A stretch of DNA of 63,824 nucleotides, filler included, from Octopus bimaculoides (Eukaryota): the NCBI RefSeq assembly GCF_001194135.2. It is 7 parts of 7 records of this genome, joined end to end, with 100 filler letters (N's around TTAATTAATTAA, not from the genome) between each part and the next. Parts side by side here need not be neighbours in the genome. Positions count along the whole stretch, not along the records: positions 1 to 27,902 come from NC_068983.1; 6 more parts are not named here. One strand, 5' to 3'. The notes under the pieces are model-generated. The model ran no database searches, was not told the origin of the DNA, and saw nothing but the letters and a program-made list of their open reading frames with translations. Positions within the stretch are counted from its first letter, which is position 1. Every line of letters starts with the position of its first letter. Below are positions 12,213-22,693 of the stretch, piece by piece. Made by a program: the position numbers and the translations under genes.

Positions 12213-14007
12213 TGAGAGAGAGAGAGAGAGAGAGCAAGAGAGAGAGAGAGAGAGAGACTGAAAAGTTACACACTAGACTGTAAAGCAACATTTCAAATAT
12301 ATTTGATTCACATAATGAAGCTTGAAGAGCCTTGATGCTTAAATTAACAACCGACAGACCCTCGCCCACTACTAGATATATGCTTTGAACACATAAGCAC
12401 AAAACCTCAAAAGTGTGGCGGAGGATATGCACGGCTAGGTCGATGAACGCACTGTATAACTGGTACTGAAGAATAGGTGCTGTTTATTAGATAATTAAAT
12501 GTGGAACGTAAACGAGCGAAACGCATTTCTCAAACTTTGTCTTGTCTAGAAATATTAACAAAGACATAATATTTAAAACTGAAATAAAATGAACCAAATG
12601 CTGAAGCTCTGTGAAAACTTTAATGTTCAGAGACATGAAGTAAATATTTCGAAACTGTAATATTTTGTTAAATTTAGAAGAAAGACAAAAAAACAAACAA
12701 AAAAACACAATGCTTTATCACCAGTTGTAACCGGTTTGAATCAGTAAGTCGCACTATATTGTTTTTATGATGAGTTCATTAGAAGTAAATAACCGGAGAA
12801 AACCAGATTGCCTGCAGCCGACGGATGGTTTCAGAACAAAGAAACGATAACAAAGAACGTCACGCAGAAGAACATAGCAACAACAACAATAACAATCAAA
12901 AGAAAAAGCATAAACAATAGCTTTCATTAATACTTTCATAAGCTATTGTTCTAATTACTTGCAAAAATCAATAAAAATAGGTAAAGCTAATATTGATTTA
13001 ACTTTTATGAAAGAAAATGAAACGCTGTAAACACATTAAAAGCGAATATTTAAAAATTTCAAATATAACATTGTTTTGATTTCTCTCTGAGATCGATACT
13101 GCAAAGAAAGAAACAAGAGAAGAGCAACGAGAGATAAATAGCCGGAAGATAACTAAATTATCTCCGACATTTATCTCTGCCTATGGCACAATGGAGAATT
13201 TGATGTTTTGACGTCAAATAATGGGTCACGTGACACTATAGTACTGGCTGCGCTGATGAGAGAATCCTGACGAACGACTTCCTCTTGTTCGTTCTTACTA
13301 TTACTGACGTCCATATTTACTGAACATCAGCGTTTTCATACGACAGTGCGGGACAGGATATATATCATTGACGTATGTATGTATGTATGTATGTATGTAT
13401 GTATGTATGTATGTACATACGTATGTATGCATGCATGTATGTATGAACGTATGTATATATGTGTGTGTATGGATGCTTTCATGTAATGTGCTCAAGCGTG
13501 TGTTGGCATATATATATATATATATATATAGGGATACATACAAAATATATAATTCAATACGATACGATGATGTAATACTAGCGAGACCCGTGAATATTTC
13601 AGGAAATTAATGGTATAATGTCTGAAAACTTTATCCAAAAGTCCTGAAAGTGTAGCCTGTGTTATGTCTGTATGGAATAATGGACTACTCATTGATAACT
13701 GAATACGATGATTACTCAATGCACTTTATATATTCACTTTATATACTTTATGCACAATTTTATAGACTTAATACGCAGCACTCATAAAATAAATATTCAC
13801 TTTATTTTTCTATTTTCATAAACAAAAATATATCACTGCAAATATGATATAACCTTCAGTTAAATTGTACGTATCTGCCACGTAAGTCTGAATCTTTCCA
13901 GGAATTACACTTATGCGCTGCGTTAAGTGAGAGATGATATAAAAAAATTAGTTCAACCAAAAATGACACATTTGACTATTCGCTCACCACCACCACAACC
14001 ATGGAAT

Positions 14008-14303
14008 ATTTTCGAATAAGGTTTCACCTTTCTGGTTTTGAGAAGCCTAATTTCTCAAGTGTCACATATCCCAGTGCTCCAATAACTACAGGTATAAACC
14101 TGAACTTCTAATCTGGATAGAGTAAGTGCAGATTTCTTAAAGGTTCAGCGTACGTAGGTATTTTCGTTTTCACTGATCTTCGGCTTTATGTTAACATCCG
14201 CTGGGCACCTAATTTTCACAACCATGCACAGTTTCTCTTCTCTATCCCAAATCATTGCACCAGGTCTGTTGAGCTTACATCTTATTGAGGTTTTCACTGG
14301 TGC
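14008..14303 (-). mobile_element. Dong/R4-like LINE, C-terminal restriction-like endonuclease (RLE) region
   Basis: PVKTSIRCKLNRPGAMIWDREEKLCMVVKIRCPADVNIKPKISENENTYAEPLRNLHLLYPD*KFRFIPVVIGALGYV (RPD..E..C..D..K and PVVIGALG motifs). Confidence 0.85.
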
Positions 14304-14344
14304 ATATATGTGTGTGTGTATGTATGTATGTATGTATGTTATCA

Positions 14345-14440
14345 ATCAGTTTCATTTCTGTATTTCTTGTCCATAGAGAAAGAGCCGGACTCTAACATAG
14401 ATTCAAGGCTCCTTCATTAGAACTTTTATCGACATCATCT
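14345..14440 (+). repeat. Short (about 95 bp) interspersed repeat downstream of (TATG)n; second copy at 55815-55908 on the minus strand
   Basis: CAGTTTCATTTCTGTATTTCTTGTCCATAGAGAAAGAGCCGGACTCTAAC aligns with the reverse complement CAGTTTTATTTCAAGATTTCTTGCCAATAGAGTAAGAGCCGCTTCTAAC. Confidence 0.7.
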
Positions 14441-14485
14441 AGGTATTTGTGCATATGTGTGTGTGTGCAGTATTTGGTGTTAGTG

Positions 14486-14638
14486 TATGCGCAAATTTGG
14501 ATGTTTGTTTTGTGAATGCGTTTTTATGTATATATTTTCATGTCTAGGCGTATGCATATGTATTTATGCGCAGATTTGTATGTTTGTTTTATGGATGCGT
14601 TTTTATGTATATATTTTCATGTCTAGATGCATGCATAT
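14486..14638. repeat. 79-bp tandem repeat (two units visible) running into an assembly gap
   Basis: Units start at 14486 and 14565: TATGCGCA.ATTTG.ATGTTTGTTTT..GATGCGTTTTTATGTATATATTTTCATGTCTAG. Confidence 0.85.
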
Positions 14639-15588
14639 NNNNNNNNNNNNNNNNNNNNNNNNNNNNNNNNNNNNNNNNNNNNNNNNNNNNNNNNNNNNNN
14701 NNNNNNNNNNNNNNNNNNNNNNNNNNNNNNNNNNNNNNNNNNNNNNNNNNNNNNNNNNNNNNNNNNNNNNNNNNNNNNNNNNNNNNNNNNNNNNNNNNNN
14801 NNNNNNNNNNNNNNNNNNNNNNNNNNNNNNNNNNNNNNNNNNNNNNNNNNNNNNNNNNNNNNNNNNNNNNNNNNNNNNNNNNNNNNNNNNNNNNNNNNNN
14901 NNNNNNNNNNNNNNNNNNNNNNNNNNNNNNNNNNNNNNNNNNNNNNNNNNNNNNNNNNNNNNNNNNNNNNNNNNNNNNNNNNNNNNNNNNNNNNNNNNNN
15001 NNNNNNNNNNNNNNNNNNNNNNNNNNNNNNNNNNNNNNNNNNNNNNNNNNNNNNNNNNNNNNNNNNNNNNNNNNNNNNNNNNNNNNNNNNNNNNNNNNNN
15101 NNNNNNNNNNNNNNNNNNNNNNNNNNNNNNNNNNNNNNNNNNNNNNNNNNNNNNNNNNNNNNNNNNNNNNNNNNNNNNNNNNNNNNNNNNNNNNNNNNNN
15201 NNNNNNNNNNNNNNNNNNNNNNNNNNNNNNNNNNNNNNNNNNNNNNNNNNNNNNNNNNNNNNNNNNNNNNNNNNNNNNNNNNNNNNNNNNNNNNNNNNNN
15301 NNNNNNNNNNNNNNNNNNNNNNNNNNNNNNNNNNNNNNNNNNNNNNNNNNNNNNNNNNNNNNNNNNNNNNNNNNNNNNNNNNNNNNNNNNNNNNNNNNNN
15401 NNNNNNNNNNNNNNNNNNNNNNNNNNNNNNNNNNNNNNNNNNNNNNNNNNNNNNNNNNNNNNNNNNNNNNNNNNNNNNNNNNNNNNNNNNNNNNNNNNNN
15501 NNNNNNNNNNNNNNNNNNNNNNNNNNNNNNNNNNNNNNNNNNNNNNNNNNNNNNNNNNNNNNNNNNNNNNNNNNNNNNNNNNNNNNNN
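14639..15588. other. Assembly gap (other sized gaps: 22694-23539, 30785-30956, 31464-32196, 42330-43157, 46907-47330)
   Basis: N runs, nearly all bordered by microsatellites or SINEs. Confidence 0.99.
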
Positions 15589-15993
15589 TTGGTAGAGTTT
15601 TGCAATTTCTTTGGGTAAGAGTTCAGGGTTGTCGAATAAGGAATGCTTGTCAAGTAGTTGCCTTCCCAATCTCATGATGGTATTTACCTCATGTCTGCAG
15701 ACTTCATCAAGGGGTGCACTTTGACACTTGGTGGTTATGAGATGATGTCGAAGAGATATGACACGGCATTCGAAGGCAGTCTGAATTGATGTTAGGCCCC
15801 TCCCTCCTTTATTTCGTTTTAGGTATAGGCGGTCTACATCGCTATTGATGTGAAAGTTGTTCGTGCTCGTTAGTATTTTCCGGGTCTTCACATCAAGGGC
15901 TCGGATTTCATCGATCGTCCAGTCAAGTGTCCCGAATATCGGTACGAGTACTGGTACTGCAATCACATTTGTGGGCTATTGCTTTATTGAACG
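15589..15993 (-). mobile_element. Dong/R4-like LINE, post-RT thumb region; colinear with 14008-14303
   Basis: IAVPVLVPIFGTLDWTIDEIRALDVKTRKILTSTNNFHINSDVDRLYLKRNKGGRGLTSI (DVDRLY..R..GGRGL motif), open for about 125 codons. Confidence 0.9.
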
Positions 15994-16631
15994 CAGAGAG
16001 TTCCGAGGTCCAGAGAATATGTATGTATGTGTGTATGTATGCACTACGTATGTATGCGTGTATGTGTACATGTAAATATATACATGTAAGTATATAACAC
16101 TAAACAGATATGTATATAAATTTTATGCATATACAGACAAACTCCATCTCATGAATATATTTATAAAATACTTCCGTATCTTATGAATATATACAAGCAG
16201 CTGTGTATAAATGCGTGCGCATGTCAGTGGTTATCTACACGCTTAACTGTGTGAGTTTGTATCAATTCATCATTGTATGTACACTTATCTCTATAGTATA
16301 GAATGAATGCGTAAGTTTCACCATGGCAATTGGGTACTTCATTTCTCTTTACTGCACCAATAAATGCATTATGCTGTAAAATGTACAGAAGCATGGATTT
16401 TCAATTTAGAAGAGAATTATATATGTTGGTACGAGTTTCGTTTATTGGAACATAACAAATAGAAGTAACGCAGTTATAAGAATTGATGCTGCTACTGAAA
16501 TATTTAACAGTAATATATAGAAAGCTTACTGGACTCTAGCAAAGATCTGTAATTGATAATCTAGCGCGAAAAATTGAACAATGATGGAAAGGGTGAATTA
16601 TGTAAGCCTTTTTATCGATTTCGAAATGATA

Positions 16632-16828
16632 TTTTCCTCAGAATTATAAGAGAATGCAAGCTCAAATATGACGGAGAATTACCGAGGACATTTCAAATAT
16701 ATTGAATAAACCACGAAAAAAAAAAAAACGAAAACAAAATAAAAGAACTTGACAAGATTGATATCAAACGAGATAAAATTGTGAAAAATGTGGAGTAAAA
16801 GCGAGATGATTTTAGGTAAGAATCTTGT
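16632..16828 (+). repeat. About 200-bp repeat, inverted partner at 18922-19130
   Basis: CAAGATTGATATCAAACGAGATAAAATTGTGAAAAATGTGGAGTAAAAGCGAGATGATTTTAGGTAAG versus reverse complement CAAGATTGATATCAGACGAAGTAAAATTGTAAAACATGTTGAGTAAAAGTGAGACGATTTTAGATAAG. Confidence 0.8.
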
Positions 16829-17142
16829 GCGAGGTCATTGGTAAATAGATTCTCAGTTGAACTGTGACAAACAGAATCAAAATATGAGAAGCGTTAGAAC
16901 TGTAGAAGAATTATCAGTATAAAACTTATTTTTGCAATAGTTTCGTGCAGATCCTTTTAGAGTCATTTAGCTTTCGATAGTAAAGTGTTTATACATCATT
17001 CTACATTATATACATTATAATTATACATCATTCTACACATTTCACTGTTGTTACATCTTGAATTATACCACCTGAAGAATGTACTAAACATCGAATGTCA
17101 GAATTCTCCAGTGTTATATTCTGCACATGAGTGATAAACTGT

Positions 17143-18000
17143 TGTATAGCGAAATTGTATACCCCTCCCAGTAAAAAGTGGTAGGATACAGCAATTATAG
17201 ATAGACCAGTAGTCGATTATTAAGAGCGGGTCGAGAACCGAAGAGTTGAGAGCCGACAGTTCTATTCGGTGTCTTGTGGAGCTATCAGCAATAGTAAGAC
17301 AGTTAATGTATTACTATTCCGGTAAGAAGAGATACGATGGTATCCTATGACCAGTAGCTATTGTGGCTACAAGCGTAAAAGAGCAACTGCAGTACAACGG
17401 CAGTCATACATTCACCGGTGGGAGGAACCCACATTACAACAAGGAGGAATTCCAACCACGTTTCGTGGTTCGCTACCTCAACAGCTCCTTTATAGGATCC
17501 AGTGGCTAAAGACATCATCAGGAGGAACCAGGTCCGGTTTCGGCCCCTACTCCTCTACCGTTTTCGACGTGGCGGGGCCGCACCTTTCGGAGTTGTCTTC
17601 AGTTCTGGTGTTGAGTGCGTTTCTTCTTCTTTCTCCTTTTTCTTTTGTTCTTTGGTTTCTTCGATGCAGCGTCAACGAATGTCAGTGAGCGAATGACCAT
17701 CCTGCCAAATTTCCCTTCAAATACTCGCTGGTAGGCTCCTGCCGCCAGCACCAGCTGTCACGTGACACTGTCTAAGCTTCAACTGACCAATGGAAGGGAA
17801 GGGTGCGTAGTTTTAGTCCGCGCCATCTCTAAACCTGCCTTCTAACAGTGTCGTGTCAGTTTCAGCTCCAGCAGCCAAAACCGACCGGCTGTTTGGTGGT
17901 ACAAGCCTTCGAACCAGGAGGAGGGCGCGTTATGAACGAGATCGCTACCTCGGCCCACCTGTCAATCAGTGATGCTGCTTAAGTGTCAGCCAGTCTCACC
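17143..18000. other. GC-rich block of unassigned origin (possible LTR-like fragment or long 3' UTR of the Hero-like element)
   Basis: Visibly GC/CpG-richer than the flanks; TGTATA..GATACGA followed by TGGTATCC is reminiscent of an LTR end plus PBS; no recognisable protein motif. Confidence 0.3.
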
Positions 18001-18008
18001 TAGCAACG

Positions 18009-18850
18009 CTATTTCCTAGTCGGCATGCTATGTCTTCCAAGCCGTTTTTGCTCTTCTCGTTTCAGCCATATATAGAGGCTGGCTTTTTCGACTGCCTCCT
18101 GTTTTCTCCTTATTACATTTCTCAGCTCTGAGCTCGAAAATGCAAACCCTCTTTTAAATAACGTCGCCATTTTCCTTTCAATGAAGCCCCTAGCCCCCAC
18201 TGCCAGGCAGTAATACTCGACAGTCCATCCCTGTTCTCCGCACTCTTCGATTAATCTCTCATACCTCTTCTCCTTCCGTTGCTCTGCATTAGCGATGTTC
18301 TCTTCCCACTGTCAGCTACAGTAAAATTCCAATTTTCCTTTGTGTTCCGTAGGATTAAGTCCGGTCTTTTTGTTGTTTCTATGAGTGGAAATATTAGCAG
18401 TCTTTCCAAATCCGTGGCCAGCTCCCAGTATCCCTCCCATCTTTTGTCTCGTATATTTGTAGACCTGGCCTTATGCCCTTTTCCTTCTTTCTGGAAGTAT
18501 ATGTTTCCGCGCTTTTCCACTTTTAGGTATTCTCTTCTATCATATCCCTCGATCTCCTTGAGTGCTGCGCTTATGACACCGTGGACTTGATTGTGACGCT
18601 ATGTATGTCTGTCTAGTGCCAGCCTGCAGTTTGACAGGACATGTCTTACCGTCACTTTCTCTCCTCATCTACATTCATCAGCTTTTTTGTATGTTTCACT
18701 GGACTAAATTTGCCGGTGAAGGTAAAACGTCGAAGGTAGACTTGATCAGGAAAAATGTTCTTGTTTGTTCCCAAGCCCAAATTTCCTTGAATGAGATTCT
18801 GCGACTGACTATATTTTCCTCCAATCTCAGGCACTTATTAAACTATCTTT
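18009..18850 (-). mobile_element. Hero-like (R2/NeSL group) non-LTR retrotransposon, zinc knuckle plus RLE C-terminus
   Basis: TVRHVLSNCRLALDRHT*RHNQVHGVI (H..S.C..AL..Y.WRHNQV), WELATDLERLLIFPLIETTKRPDLIL, RKEKRYERLIEECGEQGW..VGARGF..EKASLYIWLKR. Confidence 0.88.
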
Positions 18851-18921
18851 CATGATTTAGACGTTGTACAATAGTTTAATTAAAACCGATCTGAACAGTT
18901 GCAGGTTTAGTGTAGAAAAGT

Positions 18922-19130
18922 CACACAGATTTCTTATCTAAAATCGTCTCACTTTTACTCAACATGTTTTACAATTTTACTTCGTCTGATATCAATCTTG
19001 CAAATTTCTTTCTTTCATTTTTCTTTTCATATTTTCTTTCTTGTTCATGATTTACTCATTGCATTTGAAGTGTTCTCTAGAGCTCTGCGGGGTTTACACA
19101 GACTTATTTCTGATTAATAACTGAGCAAAA
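18922..19130 (-). repeat. Inverted partner of 16632-16828
   Basis: Same alignment as for 16632-16828. Confidence 0.8.
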
Positions 19131-19296
19131 CTGAAGTATTTTATGGTTTAGAAATATGTAGATTAGCCATGCTAGTTATGTGGGTTCACCAGGAAATCAA
19201 AGGCTTGAAGATATAGGATTGGAGCGAATTATTCAGGACCTTTGAGAATTAATGTAGCACTTGATATGTGTAGTAAAAGTGTCCATATATGGAAGA

Positions 19297-19395
<99 letters not shown>

Positions 19396-20070
19396 TTTAT
19401 ATTACATTCTCTCCATTGTTCTATGTACGTTAGGAAGGGATGAAAGATTAAAGATGTACATTGTCAGGTGTGAATGGAAAACAGAAAAATGGAATAAATT
19501 TGATTCCTAATGAATTTCCTTTTAATTGTTAATTTGATGAGGAGGAGGATTATTCACTTTTTGATTGAAAAATTTGTAAGGATTTAATAACAATTCACGA
19601 GGCTGATGGATTGTAAGAATTCCCAAGGCTAACGACCTTTCTTACTTGGATTGTTCTTGGCAAACATTTTCAATCTGAACAAAGAGAGCCTTTGGAATTG
19701 GCATCTCAAGAGGCAGAGTTACACATTGATTAGAAAACTGTCTTAGTCGTGGATTCTTGAAGGGATATCGAATTGTCAAGGACCAGTGTTAAACTTGGCA
19801 ATGTTTTAGGCCTAGAGATCCTTCGTCTCTAAACTTGAATCGTCATTTGTGGATCAGAATTACCAGGATTTTCGTAAGAGTTGTATTCATTATGTCTGTA
19901 GTAGTCAGTTAATCCTGAGAGAATTCCCAAAGAATACATATTGAAGCTAAAAAAAAGTAACTTCTATATAGAATCTCTTTTAATAAACTACTTTTGGCTT
20001 CTTCGAAAGAAAACATTGTTTTCAGTGACAAGTTACAATGTTTAATATCTTTCTGAAAGTCATTAATAAT

Positions 20071-20257
20071 CGTTTCCAATTTTGGCACAAAGGCAGCAGT
20101 TTCGGGTCGATCAGCTTAATCCTAGTATGTAATTGTTAATTATTTTGTCATCTCTGAAAGGATGGAAGGCAGAATGTGAACACAGAACGTAAAGACGAAC
20201 GAAATGTTGCTGACCCTTTTGTCCGGCACAGTTACGATTCTACCAGGTTGCCGCCTT
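20071..20257 (-). mobile_element. SINE family B
   Basis: TTTCCAATTTTGGCACAAAGG..GAAAGGATGGAAGGCAG..GAACACAGAACGTAAAGACG..TGCCGCCTT. Confidence 0.85.
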
Positions 20258-20384
20258 GTTAAAGTCATTAATAATAAAAATTATATGAAATAGTTTGAAC
20301 CGAATGGTGGTTTGGTTTATTAGAAACTAAAGGCAATCTCCACAATATATGTTAGTGTACCGATTTCCGATATTGACATAAATC

Positions 20385-20545
20385 AGGAGAAGGAGGGGTG
20401 AAATACCCCTCACGGTTCACTGATGCTGAATTTATCGATCACAGAAAAAAAAACAAAAAAACATCGATTGAATTTGGATCTAGAATTAGGAAGAATGAAA
20501 CTAAATATTGCGATCAACTGGCGATTCTGCCAATCTTCCGCCCTC
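20385..20545 (-). mobile_element. Highly degraded SINE family B
   Basis: TTTATCGATC..GAATTTGGATCTAGAA..CGATTCTGCCAATCTTCCGCC. Confidence 0.45.
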
Positions 20546-21148
20546 GTATTGTTTCACTATAATCTAAGAACTTGATTCTTCATATCCAATTCTATGTTCT
20601 CGTGGAATTTTCTCAAAGAAAGCAGAAGTTCTATTTTCGACAGCAAACTGTTAAGATGTAACCATTTCAAATACGGCTAAAATATCTGCTCATGGAAAGG
20701 CAGAATAATTACAAGAATGGTTTTCTGCAAAGATGTCAAACAATCTATAGTTTTCCTTAGGGAAACGTCAATATGCGGCAGAGTTTTGAAAAGTTGGCTT
20801 CATTCCAGACGCCTCTTTCATATCAAGAATTTCGCTTTCAGTGAAATTGTATCGGATATATAATACGTTGTTGACCGGCCAATGATCAGCTAAAAATAAA
20901 AATTATGAAATGAAAATCTTTTGCTTGAGAAAATTTGGAAGTAGTTTCTGTAGAATATATTTGATTCAAAAATAAATGAATTCCACCGTTTATATTGAAT
21001 AATTATGAAAAACAAATAATTTCAAAATATGTTGAGTTAGCAATAATTTCTATTACCTTAGACATGTCAGAATGGGAGGCAGTAAACAGCCTCAGAGGAC
21101 GAGACACATTGTAGGGCTTTCAAATATCGGGATATATCATAAAATAGG

Positions 21149-21245
<97 letters not shown>

Positions 21246-21340
21246 AAGAGTTAAGTGATGATACTGGTTATCTAGCTTACCATCGTTTGATGGTAAGTGA
21301 AAAGACAAGGTTGGAGACAGTCCCCTTGTATATATATTTA

Positions 21341-21567
21341 TTTCTTTATTGCCCACAGGGGCTTAAACATAGAGGAGACAAACAAGGACAGACAAAGGGA
21401 TTAGGTCGATTACATCGACCCTAGTACGTAACTGGTACTTATTTAATCGACCCCGAAATGATGAAAGGCAAAGTCGACATCGGCGGAATTTGAACTCAGA
21501 ACGTAACGGCAGACGAAATACCGCTACGCATTCCGCCCGGTGTGCTAACGTTTCTGTCAGCCGCCTT
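21341..21567 (-). mobile_element. Young SINE family B variant with target-site duplication
   Basis: CpG-intact body (GTCGATTACATCGACCC, AATCGACCCCGAAATGATGAAAGGCAAAGTCGAC); CCTTGTATATATATT present at both 21324-21338 and 21564-21578. Confidence 0.92.
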
Positions 21568-21891
21568 GTATATATATTAACAGCAAAACGACCTCTTCTC
21601 TAAACTGAATCCATTTTACTTTCATCATTAATAGTGTTTAAAATTTATGACCACCTCCACTTCGGATCGGATTAAAAGAAATAATTAATGATTTGTCGCA
21701 TGAGAAAATCTCTGATATTGGCTTTTGGTGCAAGATGCTGTCTTGTACAGAACTTCCACATTTAAGAGGAGACATATAATTGTTCTCTGTATTAATACTC
21801 CTTCTGTCGCTAATATGTATATTTTTAACAAGTTAACTCGTTAACCGGGACATCAGCGCCTGTTCTGGTACTGATTTTGTATATACCATTG

Positions 21892-22012
21892 GCGGGGAGA
21901 TGAATCGCTGCGACCTCTAGCGGTCGAGCGTCCATCATTGATAATGTCAAGGAAGGTCGAAATCACGTGATGTGGTAGTTTCAGTGCTAGAGGCGGTGAT
22001 TCATCTCCCCGC
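21892..22012. repeat. Short palindromic (MITE-like) element
   Basis: GCGGGGAGATGAATC..CCTCTAGC and GCTAGAGG..GATTCATCTCCCCGC are inverted arms. Confidence 0.75.
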
Positions 22013-22515
22013 TACCGATATAAACAATAATACATTTTGCACGAAAGGAGATTTTTTTCATGGTAACCATTGCAGTAAAGTATATTCTAACACAACGTCC
22101 ATGTTTTTAAGTGGCAATAAATATTACCTCCCGGTATTAACACTGCATCTGATGTTAATAAATATAAAGTATTTATGTTTTCTACGTAGGATTAATGAGA
22201 TCTTTTTCAATATACATTGTTAGTATAAAATCCTAGAAAGTATACAATTCCGAATATGTAACCTAAACTGTTTAAATAATTCACTGTGAACTTATATGAT
22301 TCATAAATAGAACGCTAAACACTTTGTTCCAATATTCGTTTTCTTCCAATGTTCTTCCCGATTTCACACCATCTACGAGTTTGGAGTGCGTTTTCATTGA
22401 ACTGCACCACTATACAAAATCTCAAAATAGCTTCATGGTTTGGCATCGATCACCGTTAAAATATTAGGACACAATGACGTAATTCCTCTCTTCCTTTCCT
22501 TCTCTCTCTATGTAT

Positions 22516-22693
22516 ATTCTTTTATTCTTTTATTTGTTTCAATGACTTGAATGCGGCCATGCTGGAGCACCGCCTTTAGTCGAGCAAATCGACCCAAGGA
22601 CTTATTCTTTGTACGCCTAGTACTTATTTTATCGGTCTCTCTTGCCGAGCCGCTAGTTGACGGGGCTGTAAACACACCAGCATCGGTTGTCAA
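22516..22693 (-). mobile_element. SINE family A, 3' half (cut by gap)
   Basis: GCGGCCATGCTGGAGCACCGCCTTTAGTCGAGCAAATCGACCC..GGTTGTCAA. Confidence 0.9.

Noticed and set aside
14487-15677. Long ORFs of 200-450 aa spanning N runs (also at 22.5, 31.2, 42.1 and 46.7 kb)
   Set aside because: They consist of X residues from gaps.
17500-17615. Minus-strand CTGAAGA/CTGATGA and GAAA words as a hammerhead
   Set aside because: No permutation gave paired stems I and II.
19560-19900. Possible L1/Tx1 thumb remnant (DEGSLGL)
   Set aside because: Single short motif; too degraded to support.
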